Positions 1-9,720 are shown, counted from the first letter of the stretch. The stretch: DNA of 19,689 nucleotides from a bacterium (GCA_965233585.1 CBDDTI010000424.1:1-19689); one strand, 5' to 3'. The notes: generated by a model not told the origin, from the letters alone. Numbers and translations are program-made.

Positions 1-1
1 G

Positions 2-3000
2 ATTTTTGATAAGGGGCATAAAGCAGGAGGACAGAGAGGATTTAAAGACAATCAGGGAGACTGGCACAATCTACTTGCTATGGAGCAACCTATACAGATG
101 AACTTGAAGAATGTAAGAGATGAGGATAAACTGAATGAAACACTGGTGGATAAGTATGTGGTCAGAGATAAGTTTGATTTATGGATGGAAAGACTGAAAG
201 ATAGGTTAAGACTGAAGAAGGGCAACCCTAACAAAATTACAAGAAAACAATTTGATGAACTGAACACCAGAGAGGCTTGGATAAAGGAGACAGGGATAGA
301 TGCTACACTGCCCAGAAGAAGAAACACCAAAGGTAGATACAAAGAGTTTGAAGTGATACACGATACAGTTTTGTTTGATAAGTTATTCAAGAGATTAGTT
401 GAAAAACACCCAGACCTGAAGAATAATACAAACCTTGAAGACTACACAAGTGCCATCAAGATTTTAGATATAAGTGATGTAGCAAACACAGGAGGTAGTG
501 ATGATGAAGCAAAAAAGAAACTGAAGGATGGCAATGAGATAGGAATGTATCACTACACCATTAATACCGAAATGGATGTTGATAGTGATAATTTAGTTGA
601 TGCCATCAAAAACAAGAAACACACTGAAGGGGAATGCTGGATTAACACACTGATAGACCACTATGAAGAGACACTAATGAATACTAAAAAGTGGGAGAGC
701 AAAAGAATGACAAGAGATAAGGTTTTGAAACTAATGAATTTGAATGAAGAAGAGTTCAGAGAGAATGGGGCATCAGTTGAAGATATGAAACCTGTTTTTG
801 AAGAGTTTAAACTGACAGTCAGATTATACAACTGTATCGGCCAAAAGATTTATACCTATGACCCTGATAAGAAGAACAAAAACATAACCGTTTTGTTTGG
901 ATTGATTAAGGGCAACCACATTTACACAATGAATGACAACATCAACAGCATAGCACAAAGGGATTTTGAAAAAGATATGAAGATAAGTGCTTCTACTGAC
1001 TTTCGTTTAAATAGCAAGGAGAAACCAGTTAAGTATGATTTTTTCAATGGCATTGATGACATAATGGGTATAGTTAAAGAGAATGAAGATGAAGAAGGAG
1101 AAGTAAATTTAGTGAGTGGCAAGAGTTTGAATACACTTTTTTGTGAGTTCAAGAGGGCAAAGTATGAGCCTAAAATCATAATGGGAGCAGGTGGCAATGT
1201 ATCATCACTCAAGGTAAAATTTAATGGGTTGATTTTGAATATCAGAAGTCAAACTCTGATAGACTGCGCTGTGGATACTTGTATTGATAGTAGGAATGCT
1301 GATATGTTTAATAAAGTCAATGAGGCATTTTTCAATTTCAATAAGGGTATGTTCAATCCTAATCATAAGTCGTATTATCATAATGATGACTTGAACATAT
1401 TTTCAGTGGCACATAGCATTGCTCCCAGTGGATATTTTGAAAGCATCATTGAAGGAAAGAATACACACATTGAATATTCATTGAATTAGATAGGAGGAAA
1501 GCCTACACTAAATCCACCATTGATATTTTTGAAGTGCCTTGTTTTTCTGAATTTGATATTTGGCAAAAATATGATTATTCAAAGAATGATTTTAACAAGA
1601 TGAATGATTTGATCTTGTATTTTGTTAAAAGCAGAGTTAGAAACTTATTTTTCAACAGGGCTTATAATTTGATTTACGGCAAGTTTTTGAGCAAATATGC
1701 TGATGATGTTGAAGTCATTTATTACAAAATTCCATCTAATACATACAAAGTTAATTGCAAAAAAATAGTTGATGAACTTTGGAAATTGAAACTGGATGAG
1801 GATGAGGAGAAAGATAAGTTGAAGAAAAAAATGATTGCTTGTATCAACATTGGTCTATTAGAAAAGCAAACTAACAAGGCTAAAAAGTCCATAGTGTTTT
1901 CAAAAATGGTTGATGCCTTTTACTATCAAGAAAAATACGGTGGTGATATAAGTATTATCACTGAAACTACATACGACCGCTATTTCAATGATGGTTATGA
2001 TGATGATGATGATATGCTGATTGAAAGAGATGAAATGGGGAATGACATTGAGAATATTGAGGATGATAATGGTAATGATATTCCTGAAAAGATAGATGAG
2101 TGTAAGCATTATGTGCTGAACATATCTGACAAAAAACTTTGATGAATGGATATAGGTTTATCAAAGAACTTATTTTACAACATCATAACTTTGATATGAA
2201 TGAGGCTTGTAAAAAATTAAAAGACAATGATGTTGAAGTCTATTCTGTAAAGACTGACGCCTTTGTGATTGATAAATCTAATCTGGGCAAAGCAAGGGAG
2301 GTCTTGAAGTTTGGTAGTGAGATTGGAGAATGGAGATGGTCTGATAAATTCAATTTTTCCAGCAAGGCATTTTGTAAGAAACCCAGTAATTTGTGTGATA
2401 TTACTGAATATCAAAATATGACTGGTGAAGTGAAGGATGAATGGAATACTGATGAAATCATAGATGAGCATATTTTGAATAATAAGAGGTTGATGATTAG
2501 AGGGGAAGTAGCAGGAACAGGTAAGAGTTATATATGTCAGCATTTACAAAATAGAGGTTATAAGGTATTATTTGTAGTGCCTACCAATAATTTAAAACAA
2601 GAGTGTGGAGCAGAAGCAATGACCATCAATAAGTTTTTTGGTATATCTTATGGTGATGAGAGACTTGAAGTTTGATTATTCTGATGTTGATGTCATAGTG
2701 TTTGATGAAATCATTTTTCATAATGTGGGCAAGTGGGCTTTGATATGGGACTTCTGTAAGAACAACCCTGATAAAATTGTAGTGGCAACTGGAGACACTA
2801 ACCAGTTGAAAAACCCAGAGAGGGTAAGCAATGTAATGTCATTTGAGAAATATGCTGACCATTGTATTAATTTGATTTTTGAAAATAATATTACATTGTA
2901 TGAGTGTAAGAGGCTGAAGACTGAAGAAGACAGAAAGAAACTTTATGATATAAAAGGTATGATTATGAACAATGAGCCTATCCTTAATGTCATTGAAAAA

Positions 3001-3759
3001 TACTTTGGATGGAGTGATGGCAATGAACATCGCTTATACTAATAAAACTTGTAGAGAGGTGAGTAGCAGAATGAGAAAGATGAAAGGTATAGAAGATGAA
3101 TATGTGATAGGTGAGGAGGTAATATGTAGAAAGTATGTTAAGAATAAAGGGATGAAATTTAATGTTAATTTTAAATTCAGGGTTTCAAATATTGTTGGCA
3201 ATATTGTTGTTTTACAAAATGTGGCAACTAATGAGAAGCAAAATATAGAACTGAAAGTATTGAGAAAGCATTTTATATATGCTTACTGCTACACGACACA
3301 TTCAAAACAAGGTTGTAGTGTAGATGATGACATTGTGATATATGACTGGAGCAAATGGTATTGTAGCAAGAACTGGTATTGGACTTCGGTCGGCAGGGCA
3401 AGAGATTTGAATAGAGTTACAGTAAGTTTTATAAATATGATGTGGATGAAAATGATATGAGCAGATTAAGAGTAGAAACATATTTCAAAAATAAAGTAAT
3501 GAACTATATTGAGCAAGATAAGAAAAGCAACAGACCCATAGATGATGATGAGTATGTTGATGTGGATTTCCTGATGGATATGATGAATACCCAGTGTGAA
3601 AATTGTAATGAACCATTGGTTATTGATTTTGAAGATGGCAAGGTTTCATCAAATATTAGTTGCCAAAGATTAAATAATGAACTGGCACATTATAAAAGCA
3701 ACTGTATTCCACTGTGTGTTCAATGTAATTGCGCTTTTTCAAATAAAATATCAATGTAA
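2..3759 (+). pseudogene. Divergent PolB - SF1 helicase - HNH-like Zn domain fusion, copy A (5'-partial, frameshifted)
   Basis: The frame is open from base 2. ORF pieces 80-1489, 1534-2142, 2139-2675, 2638-3042, 2972-3460 and 3442-3759 join into one frame (about 1226 aa from ATG 80) after fixing five indels: +11 at 1476-1486, and relative to copies B/C -1 near 2135, -2 near 2667, -14 near 3025, +5 near 3419. PolB-like motifs ELDRRKAYT, KMIACINIG, YSVKTDA. SF1 motifs GEVAGTGKS, VIVFDEI, TGDTNQL, TTHSKQG, WTSV(S/G)RAR. C-terminal CENC...RLNNELAHYKSNCIPLCVQCN. Confidence 0.85.
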
Positions 3760-3766
3760 AATGGTT

Positions 3767-3776
3767 TTAAAGAGAT
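3767..3776 (+). promoter_or_regulatory. Putative viral promoter motif TTAAAGAGAT
   Basis: Lies 26 nt before ATG 3793. The same or a near-identical motif precedes three other genes (16587, 19016, 19353). Confidence 0.5.
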
Positions 3777-3792
3777 GGTATGTTTAGGATAT

Positions 3793-4347
3793 ATGGAGAA
3801 CAATAAGTATGAAAAAGGAAAAATATATTTAATTACAGATGTTGCTTACACAAAGTGCTACTACGGAAGCACTTGTGAAGAATTGAGCAAAAGATTTTGG
3901 AGACATAAAGGTGTCTATAAAACCTTTTTAGACAGCAAGTGTTCATATAAACATTCAATTTGTCAGTTATTTGATGAATTCGGAGTAGAAAACTGTAAAA
4001 TAGAACTGGTAGAACTGTTCCCGACCCAATCCAAGATTGAACTATTACAAAGAGAAGGCTATTACATCAAAAACAATGCTTGTGTCAATAAAGAAGTGGC
4101 AGGAAGAACACCGCAAGAATATTACAAAGACAACAAAGAAAAGTGCGCCAAGTGGAACAAAGAATGGCATATCAAAAATAAAGACAATGCCAATGAAAGA
4201 GGAAGAAACAACTATCATAAAAACAGAGACAAGTTGATGTCAATAGTTGATTGTTATTGTGGTAGTTCTTTTCAACTTCAAAATAGGTCGCACCACTTCA
4301 AGACAAAAAAGCACCAAGACTGGCTGAAGCAACAAGAGCAAGAATAA
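3793..4347 (+). CDS. GIY-YIG endonuclease with C-terminal Zn finger
   Basis: GKIYLI...YYGST...KRFWRH, ELLQREGYYI, CVN, then CYCG...HHFKTKKH. ATG 3793 is preferred over 3775 because it aligns with the start of the paralog at 16620. Confidence 0.9.
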   Translation: MENNKYEKGKIYLITDVAYTKCYYGSTCEELSKRFWRHKGVYKTFLDSKCSYKHSICQLFDEFGVENCKIELVELFPTQSKIELLQREGYYIKNNACVNKEVAGRTPQEYYKDNKEKCAKWNKEWHIKNKDNANERGRNNYHKNRDKLMSIVDCYCGSSFQLQNRSHHFKTKKHQDWLKQQEQE

Positions 4348-4375
4348 ATGATATAATATATACTTATTATATCAT
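4348..4375 (+). terminator. Hairpin directly after the GIY-YIG stop codon
   Basis: ATGATATAAT (4348-4357) pairs perfectly with ATTATATCAT (4366-4375). Confidence 0.4.
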
Positions 4376-4385
4376 CTATTCTATA

Positions 4386-5306
4386 ATGAGTGATAAACAG
4401 AAGATTATTAGTGATATTTATTTTGATAAAGCGGGCTATGGTTCAAGAAAGACCACATTAGAAGATGCTAAAAAGAAAGAACCTACAATCAAGAAAGAGG
4501 ATGTTGAACAATTCTTTAGAAAGAATGTAGAAGTCAAAGCAAAGCCCAGAGGGATGAATTCCTTTGTAGCACCAAAAAATAATCATACTTATCAAATAGA
4601 TTTGTTCTTTATGGGATATTATGATTTTGAGAAAGAACAAAAAATCAGAGGAGGGTTAGTGTGTATTGATGTTTTGAGCAAGTATGCCGTTGTTGTTCCA
4701 ATCAAAACTAAAAATGGGGAGGATGTCCTTGAAGCAACTAAAGAGGCATTAGGGAAAATGGGTAAGAAGCCTAAAATGATTTATACAGATGATGAGAGAG
4801 CAATAGCAGGTGAAGACTTTAAGGATTATGTGGAAGGTGAAGGTATAACCTTACATAGGACAAGAGGTCATCCCGCGTTTGCTGAGCGTTTTATACGCAC
4901 CTACAAGGATATGCTTTTTAAAAGAGTAGAGGCTGATGAAAAAAAGGGTAAGGCAAACATACAATGGGTTGATTACAATTTAGAAATAATGCTTACATAC
5001 AATGATAAAATGAAGCATTCCGCTACAGGTATGACACCAAAAGAGGCAAGGAAAGATAACAATGAATTCAGAGCAATGCTGAATGTAGCATCAAAGGCAA
5101 AGAGAGAAAGAATATACCCAACATTAGAGGTGGGAGACAAAGTAAAGATAATGAGAAAGAAAGCAATTACAGAGAAAGAAAGAACTTCCCACTGGCTGAA
5201 TGGTTATTATGTTTTGCAAGAGGTTGCAGAAAAGTTGAACCAAAAATATTACAAATTAACTGATTACCCAAGATTGTTGATGAGGCATGAACTTTTAAAG
5301 ATTTAG
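4386..5306 (+). CDS. Retroviral-like (rve, DDE) integrase of Polinton type
   Basis: Intact 306 aa ORF. Catalytic triad contexts YQIDLF, IYTDDE and AFAERFIRT; also CIDVLSKYA, YNDKMKHSATGMTP and LEVGDKV. Confidence 0.93.
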   Translation: MSDKQKIISDIYFDKAGYGSRKTTLEDAKKKEPTIKKEDVEQFFRKNVEVKAKPRGMNSFVAPKNNHTYQIDLFFMGYYDFEKEQKIRGGLVCIDVLSKYAVVVPIKTKNGEDVLEATKEALGKMGKKPKMIYTDDERAIAGEDFKDYVEGEGITLHRTRGHPAFAERFIRTYKDMLFKRVEADEKKGKANIQWVDYNLEIMLTYNDKMKHSATGMTPKEARKDNNEFRAMLNVASKAKRERIYPTLEVGDKVKIMRKKAITEKERTSHWLNGYYVLQEVAEKLNQKYYKLTDYPRLLMRHELLKI

Positions 5307-5704
5307 TGTTTTAGAAAGCCTTGTAGGCATATTTTCCCATACTTATGCCTACTTGATGCAACCATGAGATGGTTGATTTGATGTGCTATTTTGATTTCAG
5401 GGTTTTGTGTTTTGCCCTTCATTTGTTTTCCCCATGAATTTGTGTTTGGCACGTTTGGGTCATTGGCTGGGATTACTCTATGTTCCTTTGTCCTTCTGCC
5501 CCGCCTTGGCTTTGTCATCAATCTCTTCTTCATCCTGCTGTCGGGGCGCTCAGCTGTTGGGAATATGTCAGTTGGAGGTTTGAAGCCACATATTCTTGGA
5601 GAGCTTGACCTTGGAATTTGTTTCAATTTGAGCATCTTTGACATTCTCAGTTGGAAAGCTACAGAAATTAGCTCTTTCAGTTTGCGCTTGGAATTTTGTG
5701 TCAT
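5303..5704 (-). CDS. Possible hypothetical protein convergent with the integrase (copy at 10237-10638)
   Basis: 133 aa ORF whose stop overlaps the integrase stop; the A/T strand skew flips here. No recognisable motif, so it may be non-coding. Confidence 0.2.
   Translation of the reverse strand: MTQNSKRKLKELISVAFQLRMSKMLKLKQIPRSSSPRICGFKPPTDIFPTAERPDSRMKKRLMTKPRRGRRTKEHRVIPANDPNVPNTNSWGKQMKGKTQNPEIKIAHQINHLMVASSRHKYGKICLQGFLKH
5323..5352 (+). terminator. Hairpin after the integrase stop codon (copy at 10257-10286)
   Basis: GTAGGCATA pairs with TATGCCTAC: 9-bp stem, 12-nt loop, 16 nt after the stop. Confidence 0.4.
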
Positions 5705-5725
5705 TCTTCAGCATCTTTATGTTCT

Positions 5726-5782
5726 TCCGCAGCGTTTTTGCGAGTTTTTCCTCAAGCCACTCAGGGACGCTTTTTAGCTCAG
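5726..5782 (+). other. Putative degenerate tandem dinoflagellate spliced-leader relics (copy at 10660-10716)
   Basis: TCCG(C/T)AGCGTTTTTGC...CTCAAGCCA...GCTTTTTAGCTCAG compared with the SL DCCGTAGCCATTTTGGCTCAAG. Ends 16 nt before the ATG. Confidence 0.45.
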
Positions 5783-5798
5783 AGGTGTCGGCATTGCC

Positions 5799-6587
5799 AT
5801 GGCGCTCAAATCTGGTGTATTCGCTTGCCTCATCCTTGCATTGTGCGTGAGCTGCAACAACGTCATGGCAGAGGAGAACTCCGGCAAGGAGACTGAGAAG
5901 GGCGGCATCATCATCGGCCGCGGCCTCCCGATTGAGACTGAGAAGAGTGGAGCGCCCTTCCTCCCTCGGTCGGAGAACCTCGAGGAGACTGACAAGAGCG
6001 GCATCATCATCGGCCGCGGCCTCCCGATTGAGACTGAGAAGAGTGGAGCGCCCTTCCTCCCTCGGTCGGAGAACCTCGAGGAGACTGAGAAGAGCGGCAT
6101 CATCATCGGCCGCGGCCTCCCAAGTGAGACTGAGAAGAGTGGAGCGCCCTTCCTCCCTCGGTCGGAGAACCTCGAGGAGACTGAGAAGAGCGGCATCATC
6201 ATCGGCCGCGGCCTCCCGATTGAGACTGAGAAGAGTGGAGCGCCCTTCCTCCCTCGGTCGGAGAACCTCGAGGAGACTGAGAAGAGCGGCATCATCATCG
6301 GCCGCGGCCTCCCGATTGAGACTGAGAAGAGTGGAGCGCCCTTCCTCCCTCGGTCGGAGAACCTCGAGGAGACTGAGAAGAGCGGCATCATCATCGGCCG
6401 CGGCCTCCCAATTGAGACTGAGAAGAGTGGAGCGCCCTTCCTCCCTCGGTCGGAGAACCTCGAGGAGACTGAGAAGAGCGGCATCATCATCGGCCGCGGC
6501 CTCCCAATTGAGACTGAGAAGAGTGGAGCGCCCTTCCTCCCTCGGTCGGAGAACCTCGAGGAGACTGAGAAGCGGGTCATCCTATGA
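5799..6587 (+). CDS. Secreted tandem-repeat protein, putative multi-core peptide precursor, copy A (7 x 32 aa)
   Basis: Start context GCCATGGCG; N-terminal MALKSGVFACLILALCVSCNNVMA resembles a signal peptide; repeat SGIIIGRGLP(I/S)ETEKSGAPFLPRSENLEETEK; GC-ending codons dominate. Confidence 0.8.
   Translation: MALKSGVFACLILALCVSCNNVMAEENSGKETEKGGIIIGRGLPIETEKSGAPFLPRSENLEETDKSGIIIGRGLPIETEKSGAPFLPRSENLEETEKSGIIIGRGLPSETEKSGAPFLPRSENLEETEKSGIIIGRGLPIETEKSGAPFLPRSENLEETEKSGIIIGRGLPIETEKSGAPFLPRSENLEETEKSGIIIGRGLPIETEKSGAPFLPRSENLEETEKSGIIIGRGLPIETEKSGAPFLPRSENLEETEKRVIL
5889..6572 (+). repeat. 96-bp coding tandem repeat, 7 units plus leading GAGACTGAGAAG
   Basis: Directly visible; 60 of 96 bases in the consensus unit are G/C. 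Confidence 0.98.
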
Positions 6588-6618
6588 TTGGCATGATGAT
6601 GGCTCACGTCTTGAGAAG

Positions 6619-6688
6619 GCTTGCTTCGCCAACAGGGCGACTTGCAAAACAGTGCTTGCTTCGCCACCAGGGCTACTTGCAAAACAGG
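6619..6688 (+). repeat. 35-bp tandem direct repeat x2 in the putative 3' UTR (copy at 11745-11814)
   Basis: GCTTGCTTCGCCA(A/C)CAGGGC(G/T)ACTTGCAAAACAG(T/G) twice, with an internal TCGCC/GGCGA stem. Confidence 0.9.
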
Positions 6689-7412
6689 GCTCTTGGCTGA
6701 TGCTTTTATGATTGACAAGGTCTGTAGGTAGCAAGGTTTCAGGGTGTCAAGTAGGAATAGGACATTGCTTCAATAGAGCATTGATGCCAGTGAGCCTTCA
6801 AAAGCTTGACATTCTGGCACCAACAAGGCACAAAACACAAATCTTTTTTCACTCCATTTCGCCCCAAAAGTTTGGATTGCTGTGCCATCTACATCGCGCT
6901 GAGGTTAAGAAGACATGGTTATCAACAAGTTCATGAAGGGCGGTTTGGGCATGGTAATTGCGGTAAATAAAGAGATTTGAGATTGAGAAAGATGTGATGC
7001 TGTTGTGATATGCTAGTTTGTATGTATGCTGGTATGTATGCTGGGGGGTGGGATAGTATGTTGGCTGGGGGCTGAGGCTTCCCCTATAGGGAGAGACTGT
7101 GGTAATTAATCCCATAATCTTCATGATAAATGATGATGAAAATTATGTTGGTTATCCCCATAAATTTGAAGTGATGATTATGAAATTCAAACTCAAAATT
7201 ACAAGAGGCACACAAACACTTTGAAGCATGAGGAGAATTTGAAGAAGAATGATAGTTAAATTTCATTTTATAAAAGTGAAATTGCCTTTTGTTTTGGTTT
7301 GTTGTTATGGTTTTTGGTATAGTCTATTTTATAATCTATTGTATTGTTTAGGTTGTTTGAGTTTTTTTGTTTTGTTGTTTGTTGTTAGGTTTTATGTTGA
7401 ATATCTTTGTAT

Positions 7413-9687
7413 GAAAGCCTACACTAAATCCACCATTGATATTTTTGAAGTGCCTTGTTTTTCTGAATTTGATATTTGGCAAAAAGATGATTATTCAAAG
7501 AATGATTTTAACAAGATGAATGATTTGACCTTGTATCTTGTTAAAAGCAGAGTTAGAAACTTATTTTTCAACAGGGCTTATAATTTGATTTACGGCAAGT
7601 TTTTGAGCAAATAATCTGATGATGTTGAAGTCATTTATTACAAAATTCCATCTAATACATACAAAGTTAATTACAAAAAATTAGTTGATGAACTTTGGAA
7701 ATTGAAACTGGATGAGGATGAGGAGAAAGATAAGTTGAAGAAAAAAATGATTGCTTGTATCAACATTGGTCTATTAGAAAAGCAAACTAACAAGGCTAAA
7801 AAGTCCATAGTGTTTTCAAAAATGGTTGATGCCTTTTACTATCAAGAAAAATACGGTGGTGATATAAGTATTATCACTGAAACTACATACGACCGCTATT
7901 TCAATGATGGTTATGATGATGATGATGATATGCTGATTGAAAGAGATGAAATGGGGAATGACATTGAGAATATTGAGGATGATAATGGTAATGATATTCC
8001 TGAAAAGATAGATGAGTGTAAGCATTATGTGCTGAACATATCTGACAAAAAAACTTTGATGAATGGATATAGGTTTATCAAAGAACTTATTTTACAACAT
8101 CATAACTTTGATATGAATGAGGCTTGTAAAAAATTAAAAGACAATGATGTTGAAGTCTATTCTGCAAAGACTGACGCCTTTGTGATTGATAAATCTAATC
8201 TGGGCAAAGCAAGGGAGGTCTTGAAGTTTGGTAGTGAGATTGGAGAATGGAGATGGTCTGATAAATTCAATTTTCCCAGCAAGGCATTTTGTAAGAAACC
8301 CAGTAATTTGTGTGATATTACTGAATATCAAAATATGACTGGTGAAGTGAAGGATGAATGGAATAGTGATGAAATCATAGATGAGCATATTTTGAATAAT
8401 AAGAGGTTGATGATTAGAGGGGAAGTAGCAGGAACAGGTAAGAGTTATATATGTCAGCATTTACAAAATAGAGGTTATAAGGTATTATTTGTAGTGCCTA
8501 CCAATAATTTAAAACAAGAGTGTGGAGCAGAAGCAATGACCATCAATAAGTTTTTTGGTATATCTTATGGTGATGAGAGACTTGAGAAGTTTGATTATTC
8601 TGATGTTGATGTCATAGTGTTTGATGAAATCATTTTTCATAATGTGGGCAAGTGGGCTTTGATATGGGACTTCTGTAAGAACAACCCTGATAAAATTGTA
8701 GTGGCAACTGGAGACACTAACCAGTTGAAAAACCCAGAGAGGGTAAGCAATGTAATGTCATTTGAGAAATATGCTGACCATTGTATTAATTTGATTTTTG
8801 AAAATAATATTACATTGTATGAGTGTAAGAGGCTGAAGACTGAAGAAGACAGAAAGAAACTTTATGATATAAAAGGTATGATTATGAACAATGAGCCTAT
8901 CCTTAATGTCATTGAAAAATACTTTGGATGGAGTGATGGCAATGAGATATGTGAAAACAACATCGCTTATACTAATAAAACTTGTAGAGAGGTGAGTAGC
9001 AGAATGAGAAAGATGAAAGGTATAGAAGATGAATATGTGATAGGTGAGGAGGTAATATGTAGAAAGTATGTTAAGAATAAAGGGATGAAATTTAATGTTA
9101 ATTTTAAATTCAGGGTTTCAAATATTGTTGGCAATATTGTTGTTTTACAAAATGTGGCAACTAATGAGAAGCAAAATATAGAACTGAAAGTATTGAGAAA
9201 GCATTTTATATATGCTTACTGCTACACGACACATTCAAAACAAGGCTGTAGTGTAGATGATGACATTGTGATATATGACTAGAGCAAATGGTATTGTAGC
9301 AAGAACTGGTATTGGACTTCGGTCAGCAGGGCAAGAGATTTGAATAGAGTTAAGTTTTATAAATATGATGTGGATGAAAATGATATGAGCAGATTAAGAG
9401 TAGAAACATATTTCAAAAATAAAGTAATGAACTATATTGAGCAAGATAAGAAAAGCAACAGACTCATAGATGATGATGAGTATGTTGATGTGGATTTCCT
9501 GATGGATATGATGAATACCCAGTGTGAAAATTGTAATGAACCATTGGTTATTGATTTTGAAGATGGCAAGGTTTCATCAAATATTAGTTGCCAAAGATTA
9601 AATAATGAACTGGCACATTATAAAAGCAACTGTATTCCACTGTGTGTTCAATGTAACTGCGCTTTTTCAAATAAAATATCAATGTAA
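7413..9687 (+). pseudogene. PolB-SF1 helicase fusion, copy B (5'-truncated, two nonsense codons)
   Basis: Begins inside PolB motif A. TAA at 7612-7614 (TAT in A and C) and TAG at 9280-9282 (TGG in A and C); otherwise one frame. Confidence 0.9.
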
Positions 9688-9720
9688 AATGGTTTTAAAG
9701 AGATGGTATGTTTAGGATAT

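Larger units (their letters stand above)
1497..7412 (+). repeat. Tandem segmental repeat, unit A (5916 bp)
   Basis: GAAAGCCTACACTAAATCC recurs at 1497, 7413 and 12540, with near-identical sequence following each occurrence. Confidence 0.97.

Noticed and set aside
52..3030. Short minus-strand ORFs opposite viral genes (also at 15704-18786)
   Set aside because: They are antisense shadows of A-rich coding sequence and show no motifs.
1476..3425. Programmed frameshifting or introns in the pol-helicase gene
   Set aside because: The breaks are private to single copies and are absent from the sister copies where these overlap, so they are mutations or sequencing errors.
5943..5985. APFLPRS as an animal FxPRLamide/pyrokinin neuropeptide
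   Set aside because: It lacks the Leu-Gly amidation end and dibasic cleavage sites; the similarity is too short to assign.
5889..6572. 96-bp array as a CRISPR array
   Set aside because: There are no unique spacers and no cas genes; the period is a multiple of 3 and the array lies inside a coding frame.
5774..6718. Long overlapping ORFs (minus 5774-6718 and 10708-11844; Arg/Ser-rich plus 5932-6711 and 10866-11837)
   Set aside because: A stop-free 96-bp unit automatically gives long ORFs in other frames. Only the 5799/10733 frame has a good start context, a signal peptide and GC3 bias.
7084..7094. CTATAGGGAGA, matching the 3' end of the T7 promoter
   Set aside because: The upstream TAATACGACTCA is absent and the site is present in both repeat units, so it is not vector sequence.
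7249..7412. Hydrophobic N-terminal extensions of ORFs 7249-7614 and 12469-13533
   Set aside because: They are translations of the T-rich non-coding tract across the duplication junction and differ in frame between copies.
7612..9282. Alternative genetic code (TAA/TAG reassigned)
   Set aside because: The same positions are TAT and TGG in the other copies, and TAA/TAG end intact genes normally.
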